Positions 34,614-44,276 of a DNA stretch of 64,000 nt are shown here, one piece after another (position 1 is the stretch's first letter; each line of letters starts with the position of its first letter). The notes under the pieces are model-generated. The model was given only the letters and a program-made list of their open reading frames with translations, did not search any database and was not told where the DNA came from. Position numbers and translations under genes: made by a program. The stretch comes from an uncultured Coriobacteriaceae bacterium (lineage in GTDB: Bacteria; Actinomycetota; Coriobacteriia; Coriobacteriales; Eggerthellaceae): assembly GCA_902779135.1 (NCBI GenBank), contig CACZAR010000004.1, positions 308 to 64,307 of the forward strand, written 5' to 3'.

Positions 34614-35057
34614 TTATGCACCCCTCTTCGCAGCCTTGAGCGCCTTCGACTTCTCGTCGAGGATGCCGAGTGCCTGCACGACGCCGTCGATGATCGCCTC
34701 GGGACGCACGGCGCAGCCCGGTGCGTATACATCAACCGGAATTGCCTGGTCAACACCGCCGATTACGTTGTAACAATCGTGGAAGATGCCGCCTGAGCAG
34801 GCGCATGTACCACATGCAACGACAACCTTCGGCTCGACCATCTGATCGTATATCTGCTTGACGACGGAGATGTTCCTCTCGTTCACCGATCCGGTGACGA
34901 GGAAAATGTCCGCATGCTTGGGATTGCCGGTGTTGATGATGCCGAAACGCTCGACGTCGAACCCGGGGCAAAGTGCTGCGAGGACTTCGATATCGCAGCC
35001 GTTGCAGCTTGATGCGTCATAGTGGATGACCCACGGTGATTTTGTTGCGTATCCCAT
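34614..35057 (-). CDS. echC: [NiFe] hydrogenase small subunit (NuoB/EchC-like)
   Basis: SCNGCDIE...GTCACSGG...PGCAVRP are the NuoB-type [4Fe-4S] ligand motifs. Confidence 0.9.
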   Translation of the reverse strand: MGYATKSPWVIHYDASSCNGCDIEVLAALCPGFDVERFGIINTGNPKHADIFLVTGSVNERNISVVKQIYDQMVEPKVVVACGTCACSGGIFHDCYNVIGGVDQAIPVDVYAPGCAVRPEAIIDGVVQALGILDEKSKALKAAKRGA

Positions 35058-35069
35058 TTCACTCCCCCT

Positions 35070-35939
35070 CTACAGCATCGCCAGGAAGACGACGTTCACT
35101 CCGCCGCACACCAATGCGACGATCCACGCGCTTTTCAGCATGAGCTGCCACTTCACGCGTGCGAAGTTGTTGTCGACCCAAATCTCGAAGAACCAAGCTG
35201 CCAGGGCGACGACGACCGCCAAGATAATCGAAAGCGGGCCGCCCCAGAGGAAGAACATGCCCGTCCAGCCTAGGAACAGCACGTTCTCGCACCAATGCAT
35301 GATCTCGACCTTTGCAAGCGTCTTACCGCTCATCTCGGTTGTCGTGCCCTTTACGAGCTCCTGATGAGCATGATGCGAAGTCGAGATGTCGAACGGGGAC
35401 TTGCGCAGCTTGATCGTGAGGATGAACAAGAAGCCGATGAACGCAGGCCAAATCAGAGTGATGACCGGCATATTCAGCTTGAACGCATCTCCCACGTTGA
35501 ACGAGTGGGCAGCCATGAAGAAGCACACGGCCATGAGCAGAACCATCGGTTCGTACGACATGACTTGGAGCGTCTCGCGCCCAGCGCCGACTTCGGCATA
35601 CGGGCTGCGCGAGCTGTACGCGGCCATGATGAAGAACAGAGCAGCCATCGTGATGATGAAAGCGCTCATGAGCAGATTGCCGCCGCTGAAGAAGATGCCA
35701 CCGGCAAATGCGGTGAAGACGAGTGCGCAGGTCATATAGACACCGTCGACGCCGCTGACCGTAACGTCATCCTTGTCGATGAGTTTACGGACGTCGTAAT
35801 AAGGCTGGAGAAGCGGAGGACCGACACGACCCTGCATGCGCGCAGAGATGATGCGGTCGAGTCCCGCGAGCAGGCACCCGACAATTGGTGCCAGAATCGC
35901 GAATGCTACCGTGCCAATGAGTGTGTTTATGAAGGTCAT
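35070..35939 (-). CDS. echB: NuoH/EchB-like integral membrane subunit
   Basis: 289-aa polytopic protein containing ARMQGRVGPPLLQPYYD, typical of HycD/NuoH. Confidence 0.85.
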   Translation of the reverse strand: MTFINTLIGTVAFAILAPIVGCLLAGLDRIISARMQGRVGPPLLQPYYDVRKLIDKDDVTVSGVDGVYMTCALVFTAFAGGIFFSGGNLLMSAFIITMAALFFIMAAYSSRSPYAEVGAGRETLQVMSYEPMVLLMAVCFFMAAHSFNVGDAFKLNMPVITLIWPAFIGFLFILTIKLRKSPFDISTSHHAHQELVKGTTTEMSGKTLAKVEIMHWCENVLFLGWTGMFFLWGGPLSIILAVVVALAAWFFEIWVDNNFARVKWQLMLKSAWIVALVCGGVNVVFLAML

Positions 35940-35957
35940 TTTCGCATCACCTTCCTC

Positions 35958-37877
35958 TTAGTAGAACATGGGCGGAACGACGCCGCTGGCCACGAGTGCG
36001 AATATGATTACGATTGCGCAGACGATTTCGCCCGTGCGCCTAATGCGCGCCTCGCCGAAGATAGAGTCAAGGTAGAGGTTACGCGAGGTAGCGATGCTCT
36101 CGCCGGAGAGGCTGTTGCGATACGTGCGGGTGTCCGAATCGGTCGACACGCCTGCAAGGTAGACGCCGACGCGCTTCTTCTTGGAGGAGTTGACGCCCCC
36201 GAACAGCACGACGAGTACGAAGACTGCAAGGATCGACGATATCCACAGGTTGTCAACCGAGATGTCCTGGCCAAGCTGGCCGTAGATTCCGACGAGATAC
36301 GGCTCAACCATAGTATGGGACATGATCGGAAGCACGATGCAGGCTACGATCGCGATGGCAGCCATGACGATGAGGGAGATCCACTCTGATGGGTGAACCG
36401 TCATCTCGACGTTTTGCGGCCTGCCTGCAATGCCGGAGAGCTTGCCGAGCCATTTCGCCCAGAACATGAACGTGGCCGCAGAACCGAACGCCAGCAAGAT
36501 GATGAGAACGACCTGCTTCGTCTCGACGAACGAGACGAGCGTGGCCCATTTCGCAATCAGCATGCCGAACGGTGCGATGAACATGCACATGATGCCGAGC
36601 ATCATAAAGCGCGCCAAACGCGGCATGCGCTCGAACAGCAGGTCCATGTCCTCTATGTCGCGGCTGCCGATGTGGTGTTCGGCGGTGCCGACGCACAGGA
36701 ACAGCAAGGACTTGGCAGCTGCATGGAATATGACGAGCAATATCGCTGCCCAGATCGCCTCGGGGGTGCCGACACCGGCGCACGCCGTGATCAGGCCGAG
36801 ATTTGCAATCGTCGAGTATGCGAGGACGCGCTTCGCGTTCGTCTGAGAAATTGCCATGAACGAGCAGAGCATGAATGTGATGCCACCGATGAGGATGACC
36901 ATGGTGCCGGGAACCTGGCACACGAGGAAGAGCGGAGCGAGCTTGATAAGCAGGAAGACGCCCGCCTTGACCATGGTCGAGGAGTGGAGCAATGCCGAAG
37001 TGGGCGTAGGAGCCACCATCGCGCCGAGCAGCCATGTGTGGAACGGCATCTGAGCAGCTTTCGTAAGGCCGGCGAAAGCAAGCGCGCAAACGGGCAACGC
37101 TGCAATCTCGGGATGCATGAGACCTTCGAGGATGAACCTGTCGAGTGAAATCGTGTGCATCTGAATCGTCGCGATGTAGAGGGCGACGAGGAACCCGATG
37201 CCGCCAAGCAGATTCATGATGATCTGACGGAATGCGTTGTTGATGGCTTCATCTGTACGCGTGTAGCCGATAAGCAGGAACGAGCAGACGGTCGTGACCT
37301 CCCAGCCGGTGAACATCCACACCATGTTGTTCGAGAACACGATGACGAACATCGCCGAGAGGAACAGGAACATGAGCGCGAAGAACGTGGGGCGCCTGTC
37401 CTTGGCACCTTCTGGCTCATGGGCCTGGAAATCGATCATGTATCCGAGGGCGTACACGCAGATGCCGCTGCCGATGACGCCGATGATGAGCGCCATGATG
37501 ACCGACAGCGAATCAATGTAGAGACCGGCAGGCTCATGCACAGCATGAGCAAAACCGAACTCGTACACGAGCGACCCTACCACCTGTACTATTGCAAGAG
37601 CGGTGGCAAGCTTGTTCTTGTACTTGACGCCAAAAGAAATGATGACGGCGGCGATAGCAATGCTTATTGCCGTGCCAACATAATCGACAATGGCCGACGA
37701 GAACTCGAAAAGCCTATGAGACGTTCCGAGGTATTGCACCGCGAGCAGTATCGAAGCTACAGCTATGACCGCAGCAGATATGCCCACGATGATGTTTCGT
37801 GGCCAGTCTCCTTTGACCAACAGCAGCAATGCCGCAATAACCAAAGGAAAGATGATAAGAAATGCGATTAGTGTCAC
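35958..37877 (-). CDS. echA: NuoL/Mrp-antiporter-like membrane subunit (EchA/HycC-like)
   Basis: 639-aa polytopic protein containing WEVTTVCSFLLIGY and HAAAKSLLFL, antiporter-like motifs. GTG start with GGGAG RBS. Confidence 0.85.
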   Translation of the reverse strand: MTLIAFLIIFPLVIAALLLLVKGDWPRNIIVGISAAVIAVASILLAVQYLGTSHRLFEFSSAIVDYVGTAISIAIAAVIISFGVKYKNKLATALAIVQVVGSLVYEFGFAHAVHEPAGLYIDSLSVIMALIIGVIGSGICVYALGYMIDFQAHEPEGAKDRRPTFFALMFLFLSAMFVIVFSNNMVWMFTGWEVTTVCSFLLIGYTRTDEAINNAFRQIIMNLLGGIGFLVALYIATIQMHTISLDRFILEGLMHPEIAALPVCALAFAGLTKAAQMPFHTWLLGAMVAPTPTSALLHSSTMVKAGVFLLIKLAPLFLVCQVPGTMVILIGGITFMLCSFMAISQTNAKRVLAYSTIANLGLITACAGVGTPEAIWAAILLVIFHAAAKSLLFLCVGTAEHHIGSRDIEDMDLLFERMPRLARFMMLGIMCMFIAPFGMLIAKWATLVSFVETKQVVLIILLAFGSAATFMFWAKWLGKLSGIAGRPQNVEMTVHPSEWISLIVMAAIAIVACIVLPIMSHTMVEPYLVGIYGQLGQDISVDNLWISSILAVFVLVVLFGGVNSSKKKRVGVYLAGVSTDSDTRTYRNSLSGESIATSRNLYLDSIFGEARIRRTGEIVCAIVIIFALVASGVVPPMFY

Positions 37878-38032
37878 GTCTCTCTCCCTTTACCCTAGAC
37901 AATGCTATTACTCCCTATTTTAGATAAACAAGCCGTTCATTGAAGAGAAAGACCGTCACTTTCATCTGTGCTCGGTAATCGGTTTTTCGCTCAGTGAACG
38001 GTATGTTTTGCCACCTTGAACGGTTCAAATAA

Positions 38033-38060
38033 AGAGGAGAGCCACAAGCTCTCCTCTAAT
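38033..38060 (-). terminator. intrinsic terminator after the HerA-like ATPase gene
   Basis: On the minus strand: AGAGGAGAGC-ttgt-GGCTCTCCTCT followed by TTATTT. Confidence 0.6.
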
Positions 38061-38083
38061 TGAAGTTTGTAAAAATGAACGAA

Positions 38084-39754
38084 TTACAGCTTCTTCAGGA
38101 TGCCGAGCAACCCACGAGCCGCACCACTGCCGATTGCGCGACTTGCTGAAGTGAGCGCCGCATCGATGAACTTGGTCTTGGCTTTAGCCTCGGCCTCCTC
38201 CTTCTTGATGCGCTCCTTTTCCTCTTGCTCCGCCTTCTTTGCAGCTTCTCGCGCCTCGCGTTCGGCTTGCTTTTCGGCGGCTATACGTTGACGTTCCGCT
38301 TCCTTTTCCTGCGCGATGCGCTGCCGTTCCGCTTCCTTCTCCTCGGCAATGCGCTGTTTCTCAGCTTCTTTCTCTTCCGCAATGCGCTGTTTTTCGGCTT
38401 CCTTCTCTTCTGCCAAACGCTGCTTCGCCTCTTCCTCGAGACGACGCGCTTCCTCGGCTGCCTCAGCTGCTGCAATAGCAGTGGCATTCAGGATCTCATA
38501 GGCGCTCTCACGATCGATGGTAACGTCGTACTTCGAGTTCAACGAATCGTTTGCGACGATATACTCCTTCGCATCTGCGGGTGCTTGATCCATCGAGCAA
38601 GTTGGCGCAATAACCATGGCGCGCTGCACGATGCTGGGCGTTCCATCTTCCTGGAGGAAGCTTATGAGCGCTTCACCCGTAGCAAGCTCGGTCAAAACTG
38701 TTTCGGTGTCGAAATCAGGGTTCACACGGAAGCTCTCAGCAGCAGCTTTGATGGCTTTTTGCTCGGCGGGAGTGTACGCACGCAGCGCATGCTGAACCTT
38801 GTTCGACAGTTGTGCGAGCACTGCGTTCGGAATGTCAGCCGGATTCTGCGTGATGAAGTAAACGCCGACGCCCTTCGAACGCACAAGCTTCACGATCTGC
38901 TCGACCTTGTCGAGAAGCGCCTTGGGCGCATCGTTGAACAGCAGGTGTGCTTCATCGAAGAAGAAGCAGATCTTCGGTTTGTCAAGGTCTCCAACCTCTG
39001 GCAGCTGTTCATAAAGCTCGGAAAGCATCCAGAGGAGGAATGTCGAATACAGCAAGGGCGACTGTACGAGACGAACGCAATCGAGCACGTTGATATAGCC
39101 TTTACCTTCAGAATCGCATTTAAGCCAGTCGTTGATATCGAGAGCGGGCTCGCCGAAGAAGACGTCACCCCCTGCGTCCTGAAGCTGTAATAACGCACGT
39201 TGAATAGCACCAATCGACTGCGTGGCAATTTGACCATATGAAAGCGTGTATTCCTTCGCGTGCTCGCCGACATAGTTGACCATCGTGCGCAAATCCTTGA
39301 GATCAAGCAACAGCAGACCATTGTCGTCGGCGATATGGAAAATGATGTTGAGGACACCCTCTTGAACCTCAGAGAGACCGAGCAAGCGAGCAAGCAGAAT
39401 CGGGCCCATTTCTGTGATTGTTGTGCGAACGGGAAGGCCTGCTTCCCCGTATACGTCCCAGAACCTCGTCGGGCAACCATGGAAGTCGTAGTCGGTAATC
39501 CCAAGACCGGCAAGCCTGATGACAAGCTTTTCAGTCGCCTCACCTGCTACCGCAACGCCTGAAACGTCGCCCTTGATGTCGGCAAGGAATGTCGGAATGC
39601 CCGCATCACTCATCGACTGGGCTATCGTTTTCAAAGTAACGGTCTTGCCAGTACCGGTGGCGCCCGAGATCAAGCCATGCCTGTTCGCAAGTTGGGGGTA
39701 TAGATAAACTGGCTCGGTTGCTTTTGCAATTTGAAGCTTGCCGTCGATGTACAT
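38084..39754 (-). CDS. HerA-like/DUF853 (YjgR-type) P-loop ATPase with repetitive charged C-terminal tail
   Basis: GLISGATGTGKTVTLK (Walker A), CFFFDEAHLLF (Walker B), then a coiled-coil tail with EKEAEKQRIAE repeats. ATG at 39754. Confidence 0.8.
   Translation of the reverse strand: MYIDGKLQIAKATEPVYLYPQLANRHGLISGATGTGKTVTLKTIAQSMSDAGIPTFLADIKGDVSGVAVAGEATEKLVIRLAGLGITDYDFHGCPTRFWDVYGEAGLPVRTTITEMGPILLARLLGLSEVQEGVLNIIFHIADDNGLLLLDLKDLRTMVNYVGEHAKEYTLSYGQIATQSIGAIQRALLQLQDAGGDVFFGEPALDINDWLKCDSEGKGYINVLDCVRLVQSPLLYSTFLLWMLSELYEQLPEVGDLDKPKICFFFDEAHLLFNDAPKALLDKVEQIVKLVRSKGVGVYFITQNPADIPNAVLAQLSNKVQHALRAYTPAEQKAIKAAAESFRVNPDFDTETVLTELATGEALISFLQEDGTPSIVQRAMVIAPTCSMDQAPADAKEYIVANDSLNSKYDVTIDRESAYEILNATAIAAAEAAEEARRLEEEAKQRLAEEKEAEKQRIAEEKEAEKQRIAEEKEAERQRIAQEKEAERQRIAAEKQAEREAREAAKKAEQEEKERIKKEEAEAKAKTKFIDAALTSASRAIGSGAARGLLGILKKL
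38285..38449. repeat. about 5 tandem 33-bp in-frame repeats (11-aa units)
   Basis: Units begin at 38285, 38318, 38351, 38384 and 38417 (GCGCTGYYTYTCRGCTTCYTTCTCYTCYGCAAT on the plus strand). The outer units are degenerate. Confidence 0.85.
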
Positions 39755-39852
39755 GAAGCGTCCTTTCCGTAAAGGTTGCGTACTAGTCATATTGTACAAC
39801 GCCATTTGATACAATCATCCGACGTGAAATCTGACCAAAAGGAAGGATTACC

Positions 39853-40782
39853 ATGAATTTCAAATGCAACCTTATCATCGATTCTTGTTGCGACCTTCCC
39901 TTCGATCTCGTTGACCGACAGGGGGTTCAGCTTGTCAAGTTCCCCTACTTCTTCGATGGCGTTGAAACACTTGACGACCTGTGGCAGTCCACAACTCCAC
40001 ATGAGTTTTATGGGCGCATGCGCAAGGGTGAACAGCCTACAACAGCGCAAGCCTCTATCGGAGTGTTGACAGAAATGTTCGTCGCAGCGGCAGAAGCAGG
40101 TGTTCCGACTGTTTATCTGTGTTTCAGCTCTGGATTGTCTGCTAGCTACGACCAAGCATGCCTCGTTGCTGAAACAGTCAAGAACGACTATCCCAATTTC
40201 GAACTACATGTCGTAGATACGCACCTCGCTTCAACTGGAGAAGCCCTCTTGGTCTTCGAAGCGCTCAGACAGCAGGAACGTGGCTTGTCAGCAGCGGAGA
40301 TGAAAGACTGGGCACTCGAAGCTCAATACTATGTGAATGTCTACTTCATGGTCGAAGACCTCGAATGCCTGCATCGTGGCGGGCGTATTCCCAGCTCGGT
40401 TGCCGTTGTCGGGTCGAAGCTTGATGTTAAGCCCATCATCACGATTCCCGCAGATGGCACCCTGTCCGTAAAAGGGGTTGCACGCGGCCGTAAGAAGGGC
40501 CTCAAGCAGCTAGCACAGCTCTATTTCGATAGCGCAGACAGAACAGCCGCGCAACCATATATCTGCGTGGGAAACTCCGATTGCGAGAAAGACATGAAGA
40601 AGCTTGAGGACTTGATAAAAGACGATGGAATCGAGCCGATCTTCATCGAGGGGACGATTGGCCCGGTTATCGGATCGCATGTTGGGCCAGGTATGGTTTC
40701 GCTCGTGTTCTGGGGGCCTGATAAACGAGAACAGATTTCAGTTGCCGATCGCATCGCCCGAAAGGTACGCGGAAACCAATAA
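39853..40782 (+). CDS. DegV family protein (second paralog)
   Basis: LIIDSCCDLP...TAQASIG...HVGPG are DegV motifs. Confidence 0.85.
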   Translation: MNFKCNLIIDSCCDLPFDLVDRQGVQLVKFPYFFDGVETLDDLWQSTTPHEFYGRMRKGEQPTTAQASIGVLTEMFVAAAEAGVPTVYLCFSSGLSASYDQACLVAETVKNDYPNFELHVVDTHLASTGEALLVFEALRQQERGLSAAEMKDWALEAQYYVNVYFMVEDLECLHRGGRIPSSVAVVGSKLDVKPIITIPADGTLSVKGVARGRKKGLKQLAQLYFDSADRTAAQPYICVGNSDCEKDMKKLEDLIKDDGIEPIFIEGTIGPVIGSHVGPGMVSLVFWGPDKREQISVADRIARKVRGNQ

Positions 40783-40833
40783 CGAAGGGGAGCCGAAGCT
40801 CCCCTTTCTTTTCGCTATAAGACAGCGTTGCTC

Positions 40834-41214
40834 TTAGAGATCTGTTTTCCACAGACCGTGCTTGTTGCAGTACTCGAACACCGAGATAGGCGTTTGACCT
40901 TGAAGGTCGATGGTCGCCTCAGGAGCCTCGCCAGGCTTCAGGCAACGAGCGAAAACGCCTTGTTCGGTGACAACGTAAATCCACTCGATGTAATGATCTT
41001 CTTCCATGGGATGGGCAACGCTGCCAACCTGAGCATAGAGAATGCCATTTTCAACCGAAACGCTTGGCACATGCTTTTCCTTAGCTGCATCCGTAGTGTT
41101 CGCCTCGAGAACCTGCATGGGCTCTCCACAGCAGCTCATCGTCCCCCCACCATCAACAACCTTGATGGCGATGTTTCCGCACTTGGCGCATTTGTAGAAT
41201 GTTGCTCTCTTCAT
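40834..41214 (-). CDS. dfx: desulfoferrodoxin (2Fe superoxide reductase)
   Basis: N-terminal desulforedoxin CxxC...CC (YKCAKCGN...SCCGEPM) plus an SOR domain (EKHVP, HPMEE.HYI, CN.HGLW). Confidence 0.9.
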   Translation of the reverse strand: MKRATFYKCAKCGNIAIKVVDGGGTMSCCGEPMQVLEANTTDAAKEKHVPSVSVENGILYAQVGSVAHPMEEDHYIEWIYVVTEQGVFARCLKPGEAPEATIDLQGQTPISVFEYCNKHGLWKTDL

Positions 41215-41396
41215 AAATGTCAACCTTTCTCGATGAGTTCCATTGACGTCAATATCATAAATGATAAGAGCATGACATTCCGCCCAAGATGCATGTTGCT
41301 GCTATACCGTCATCTGAAATTTGGCAACTATATGTTCAACGTGAAAGACAACCTTGCAAACGGACGCAGATACCAGTATTATTACAACTCGCTGAA

Positions 41397-41473
<77 letters not shown>

Positions 41474-41511
41474 TGTAAATCACGGTCCCTACTACGGGGC
41501 CGTTTCTTTTT

Positions 41512-42696
41512 CTAGCTTAAAACCGCATCGAAGATTCGATCGGCAAGCGCACGTTTCGACATAGATTCGAGATGCGACTCACCATCTTTGGTAACCAAGA
41601 CCGCTTCGTTGTCATCGGCACCGAAACCTTTCGACTCCCCGACCGGATTCCCGACAATCATGTCCGCATGTTTTGTTTCAAGCTTCTTTCGGGCATTCTC
41701 GACAACGTTTTCAGTTTCAGCAGCGAAGCCAATCACATATTGGTCGGCATGTTTCTTTTCGCCCATCGTAGCAAGGATATCGGGGTTCTCGACGAGCTTT
41801 ATCGTGGTGAGCGCATCGTCATCCGAACCCTTCTTGAGTTTTCGATCAACGACCTGTTCGGGTCTGAAATCACTTACGGCGGCGGAGAATACGGCTATGT
41901 CAGAATCCGCGAACACCCCATCAACGGCATTGAACATCTCCTGCGCCGTCTTAACGCGTACAACCTCAACGTCTTCTGGATCATCGAGACCAACGGGACC
42001 AGTCACTAGAACAACGTCTGCGCCACGGTCAGCAGCTGCTTCCGCAAGCGCAAATCCCATCTTTCCAGACGATGGATTCGAAATATAACGAACAGCGTCG
42101 ATTGGCTCTACAGTCGGTCCAGCAGTAACGACAACGCGTTTCCCCCTCATGTCTCGCTTTACTTCAAGTACATCGAGAACCGTTTTAACGATGTCCGCGG
42201 GTTCAGCCAGCCTGCCCTTCCCCACATCTCCGCATGCAAGATAGCCGCTATCGGCATCGACGATGCGAACTCCACGTTCGGCAAGAATCATCAAATTGTG
42301 CTGTGTAGCTTCGTTCTCGTACATGTTGACGTTCATTGCGGGCGCCAACACGATTGGAGCTGTTGTAGCCATTGCGGTCGTTGTCAGAAGATCGTCTGCA
42401 ATTCCATTAGCAATCTTGCCAAGCACATTCGCAGTACATGGCGCAATGAGGACCACGTCAGCTTCCTTAGATAGCGATATGTGGTGAATAGGGTCACCCG
42501 GCGCGTCATCGAACGTGCCAACTGCCACAGGCTCGCGCGTCAACGCGCGGAATTGCCCCGGATTGATGAACTCGGTGGCGTTCTTGGTCATGACAACCTT
42601 CACGCGAAGGCCGGCTTTCTGCAAACCGCGAACGACCTCGCATGCTTTGTATGCCGCAACGCACCCGGTAACGCCAAGCAGGACCGTTTTCTTCAT
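41512..42696 (-). CDS. coaBC: bifunctional phosphopantothenoylcysteine decarboxylase/synthetase
   Basis: 394 aa. Flavoprotein N-domain (LLGVTGCVAAYKA) plus a DFP C-domain (ISNPSSGKMG). Confidence 0.92.
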   Translation of the reverse strand: MKKTVLLGVTGCVAAYKACEVVRGLQKAGLRVKVVMTKNATEFINPGQFRALTREPVAVGTFDDAPGDPIHHISLSKEADVVLIAPCTANVLGKIANGIADDLLTTTAMATTAPIVLAPAMNVNMYENEATQHNLMILAERGVRIVDADSGYLACGDVGKGRLAEPADIVKTVLDVLEVKRDMRGKRVVVTAGPTVEPIDAVRYISNPSSGKMGFALAEAAADRGADVVLVTGPVGLDDPEDVEVVRVKTAQEMFNAVDGVFADSDIAVFSAAVSDFRPEQVVDRKLKKGSDDDALTTIKLVENPDILATMGEKKHADQYVIGFAAETENVVENARKKLETKHADMIVGNPVGESKGFGADDNEAVLVTKDGESHLESMSKRALADRIFDAVLS

Positions 42697-42780
42697 CTTC
42701 GCACCACCTCAGATAGTAATCGTTACGTGCATTATAGCGATGGCATTGAGGATTATTGTGCTAACAGCTTGTAGAGAACC

Positions 42781-43749
42781 TTACATCTTCCTATCGGCAA
42801 GAGAGTCAAGCACGGCCTGTAAGTCGTCTGGCAAATCATCTTCAAAATGCATCTCTTCACCAGTTATGGGGTGGTCGAGCGTAAGCATGAAAGAATGCAA
42901 GAATTGCCTCTTCAAACCCAAGTTTGCAGAATCGGCCTTAGGCATGCTGTGAGTATAGAGCGGATCGCCGACGAGCGGATGCTTCGCATATTCCATATGC
43001 ACGCGAATCTGATGCGTACGGCCTGTGAACAACTTGCAATCGATGAGCGTGTACCCGTTGTCTTTCGGACCCGGCTCGAACCGCTCAAGCACCGTGAATG
43101 TCGTGATCGCTTCACGCGCACTGTCGCAATCGCGGATCGCCATGCGTGTCCGATCCTTGGCATGACGCGCTATCGGCGCGTCGATCATGCCCTTCTCGAG
43201 CGAAATGACACCATGCACCAGCGCTTTGTAGCGTCGGTCCACGACATGGTCTTGGATTGCAGCCATGAGCGCTTCACCAGCAACATCGGTCTTTGCGGCC
43301 ATCATAAGACCGGTCGTGTCCATGTCGAGGCGATGGACAATGCCCAAGCGATCTTTCTCGCCCTGAACGTTGCAGAGATTGTCTGCACCGTAACGATAAA
43401 TGAGCGCGTTCACGAGCGTGCCGTCGCGGTGGTCGTCAGATGGATGACAGATGAGACCAGCCTGCTTCGACAACACGATCATGTCGTCGTCTTCGTAGCG
43501 AATGTCCAAATCGATAGGCTCGCCGACAAGCGGAGTGTCAATTACCTGCTCGTCAACCTCGTAGACGATTGCTGCGCCAGCGTGAACCTTTGTCTTCTTC
43601 GATGCGAGGTTTCCTGCAACGAGCACCTTCCCATCATCTATGGCATGTGCCGCTGCCGACCTGCTGGGATAGAGGCCTCGCTCGCCCATGAGAGCGTCGA
43701 GCCGCATTCCCTCGTCTTGCGCGGTGGCTACATAGCAACGTGATGGCAT
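42781..43749 (-). CDS. rluD: RluA/RluD-family 23S rRNA pseudouridine synthase
   Basis: S4 domain, HRLDMDTTGLMM catalytic motif and TGRTHQIRVH. Confidence 0.88.
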   Translation of the reverse strand: MPSRCYVATAQDEGMRLDALMGERGLYPSRSAAAHAIDDGKVLVAGNLASKKTKVHAGAAIVYEVDEQVIDTPLVGEPIDLDIRYEDDDMIVLSKQAGLICHPSDDHRDGTLVNALIYRYGADNLCNVQGEKDRLGIVHRLDMDTTGLMMAAKTDVAGEALMAAIQDHVVDRRYKALVHGVISLEKGMIDAPIARHAKDRTRMAIRDCDSAREAITTFTVLERFEPGPKDNGYTLIDCKLFTGRTHQIRVHMEYAKHPLVGDPLYTHSMPKADSANLGLKRQFLHSFMLTLDHPITGEEMHFEDDLPDDLQAVLDSLADRKM

Positions 43750-44267
43750 TAGCGGTCACCTTCGTTTCCATCAGCCCTCATCATCACGAGCATCGAGATG
43801 ACGAGCAACGCGAAACCGCACGTCACGCCAATGTCGGCAACATTGAACACAGGGAAATCGAAGAAACTGAACTCGATGAAATCGACGACATACCCCTGCA
43901 TGAACCGATCGATGGCGTTCCCGATTCCACCGGCGACAATGAATGCAAAAGCTATCGTCTGCAGTCTGCTCGTTTGCTTGATCGTCGCAAAGAAAAACAC
44001 AGCGATTGCAAGGCAAACTATCAGCGAAAAGACACCCAGCCCAAACGTCGAATCGGAGAATAGTCCCCAAGCACCACCCGTGTTGTGCACAAGCCTGATA
44101 TCGACAAGCCCCAAGAAGGGACCTGCCAATATGCCGCCAGGCTGCATGTCGGCGAAATGGTTTTTTGTGAGCTGGTCAACCAACACCCATAGGATGACGA
44201 TGATTAAGAAGGCGACCGCTTTCGCGGCCGTCCCCTTAGATTTGGTTGTGTCATTTAGAGACGCCAA
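43749..44267 (-). CDS. lspA: signal peptidase II
   Basis: VHNTGGAWG and NAIDR...VVDFI...FPVFNVAD motifs. Sits downstream of ileS, as is usual. Confidence 0.9.
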   Translation of the reverse strand: MASLNDTTKSKGTAAKAVAFLIIVILWVLVDQLTKNHFADMQPGGILAGPFLGLVDIRLVHNTGGAWGLFSDSTFGLGVFSLIVCLAIAVFFFATIKQTSRLQTIAFAFIVAGGIGNAIDRFMQGYVVDFIEFSFFDFPVFNVADIGVTCGFALLVISMLVMMRADGNEGDR

Positions 44268-44276
44268 TGCGAATCT

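Noticed and set aside
38285-38449. A CRISPR-like array, because of regularly spaced 33-bp repeats.
   Set aside because: The repeats are directly tandem with no spacers, are in frame inside a CDS and encode an 11-aa peptide repeat. No cas genes are present in the window.
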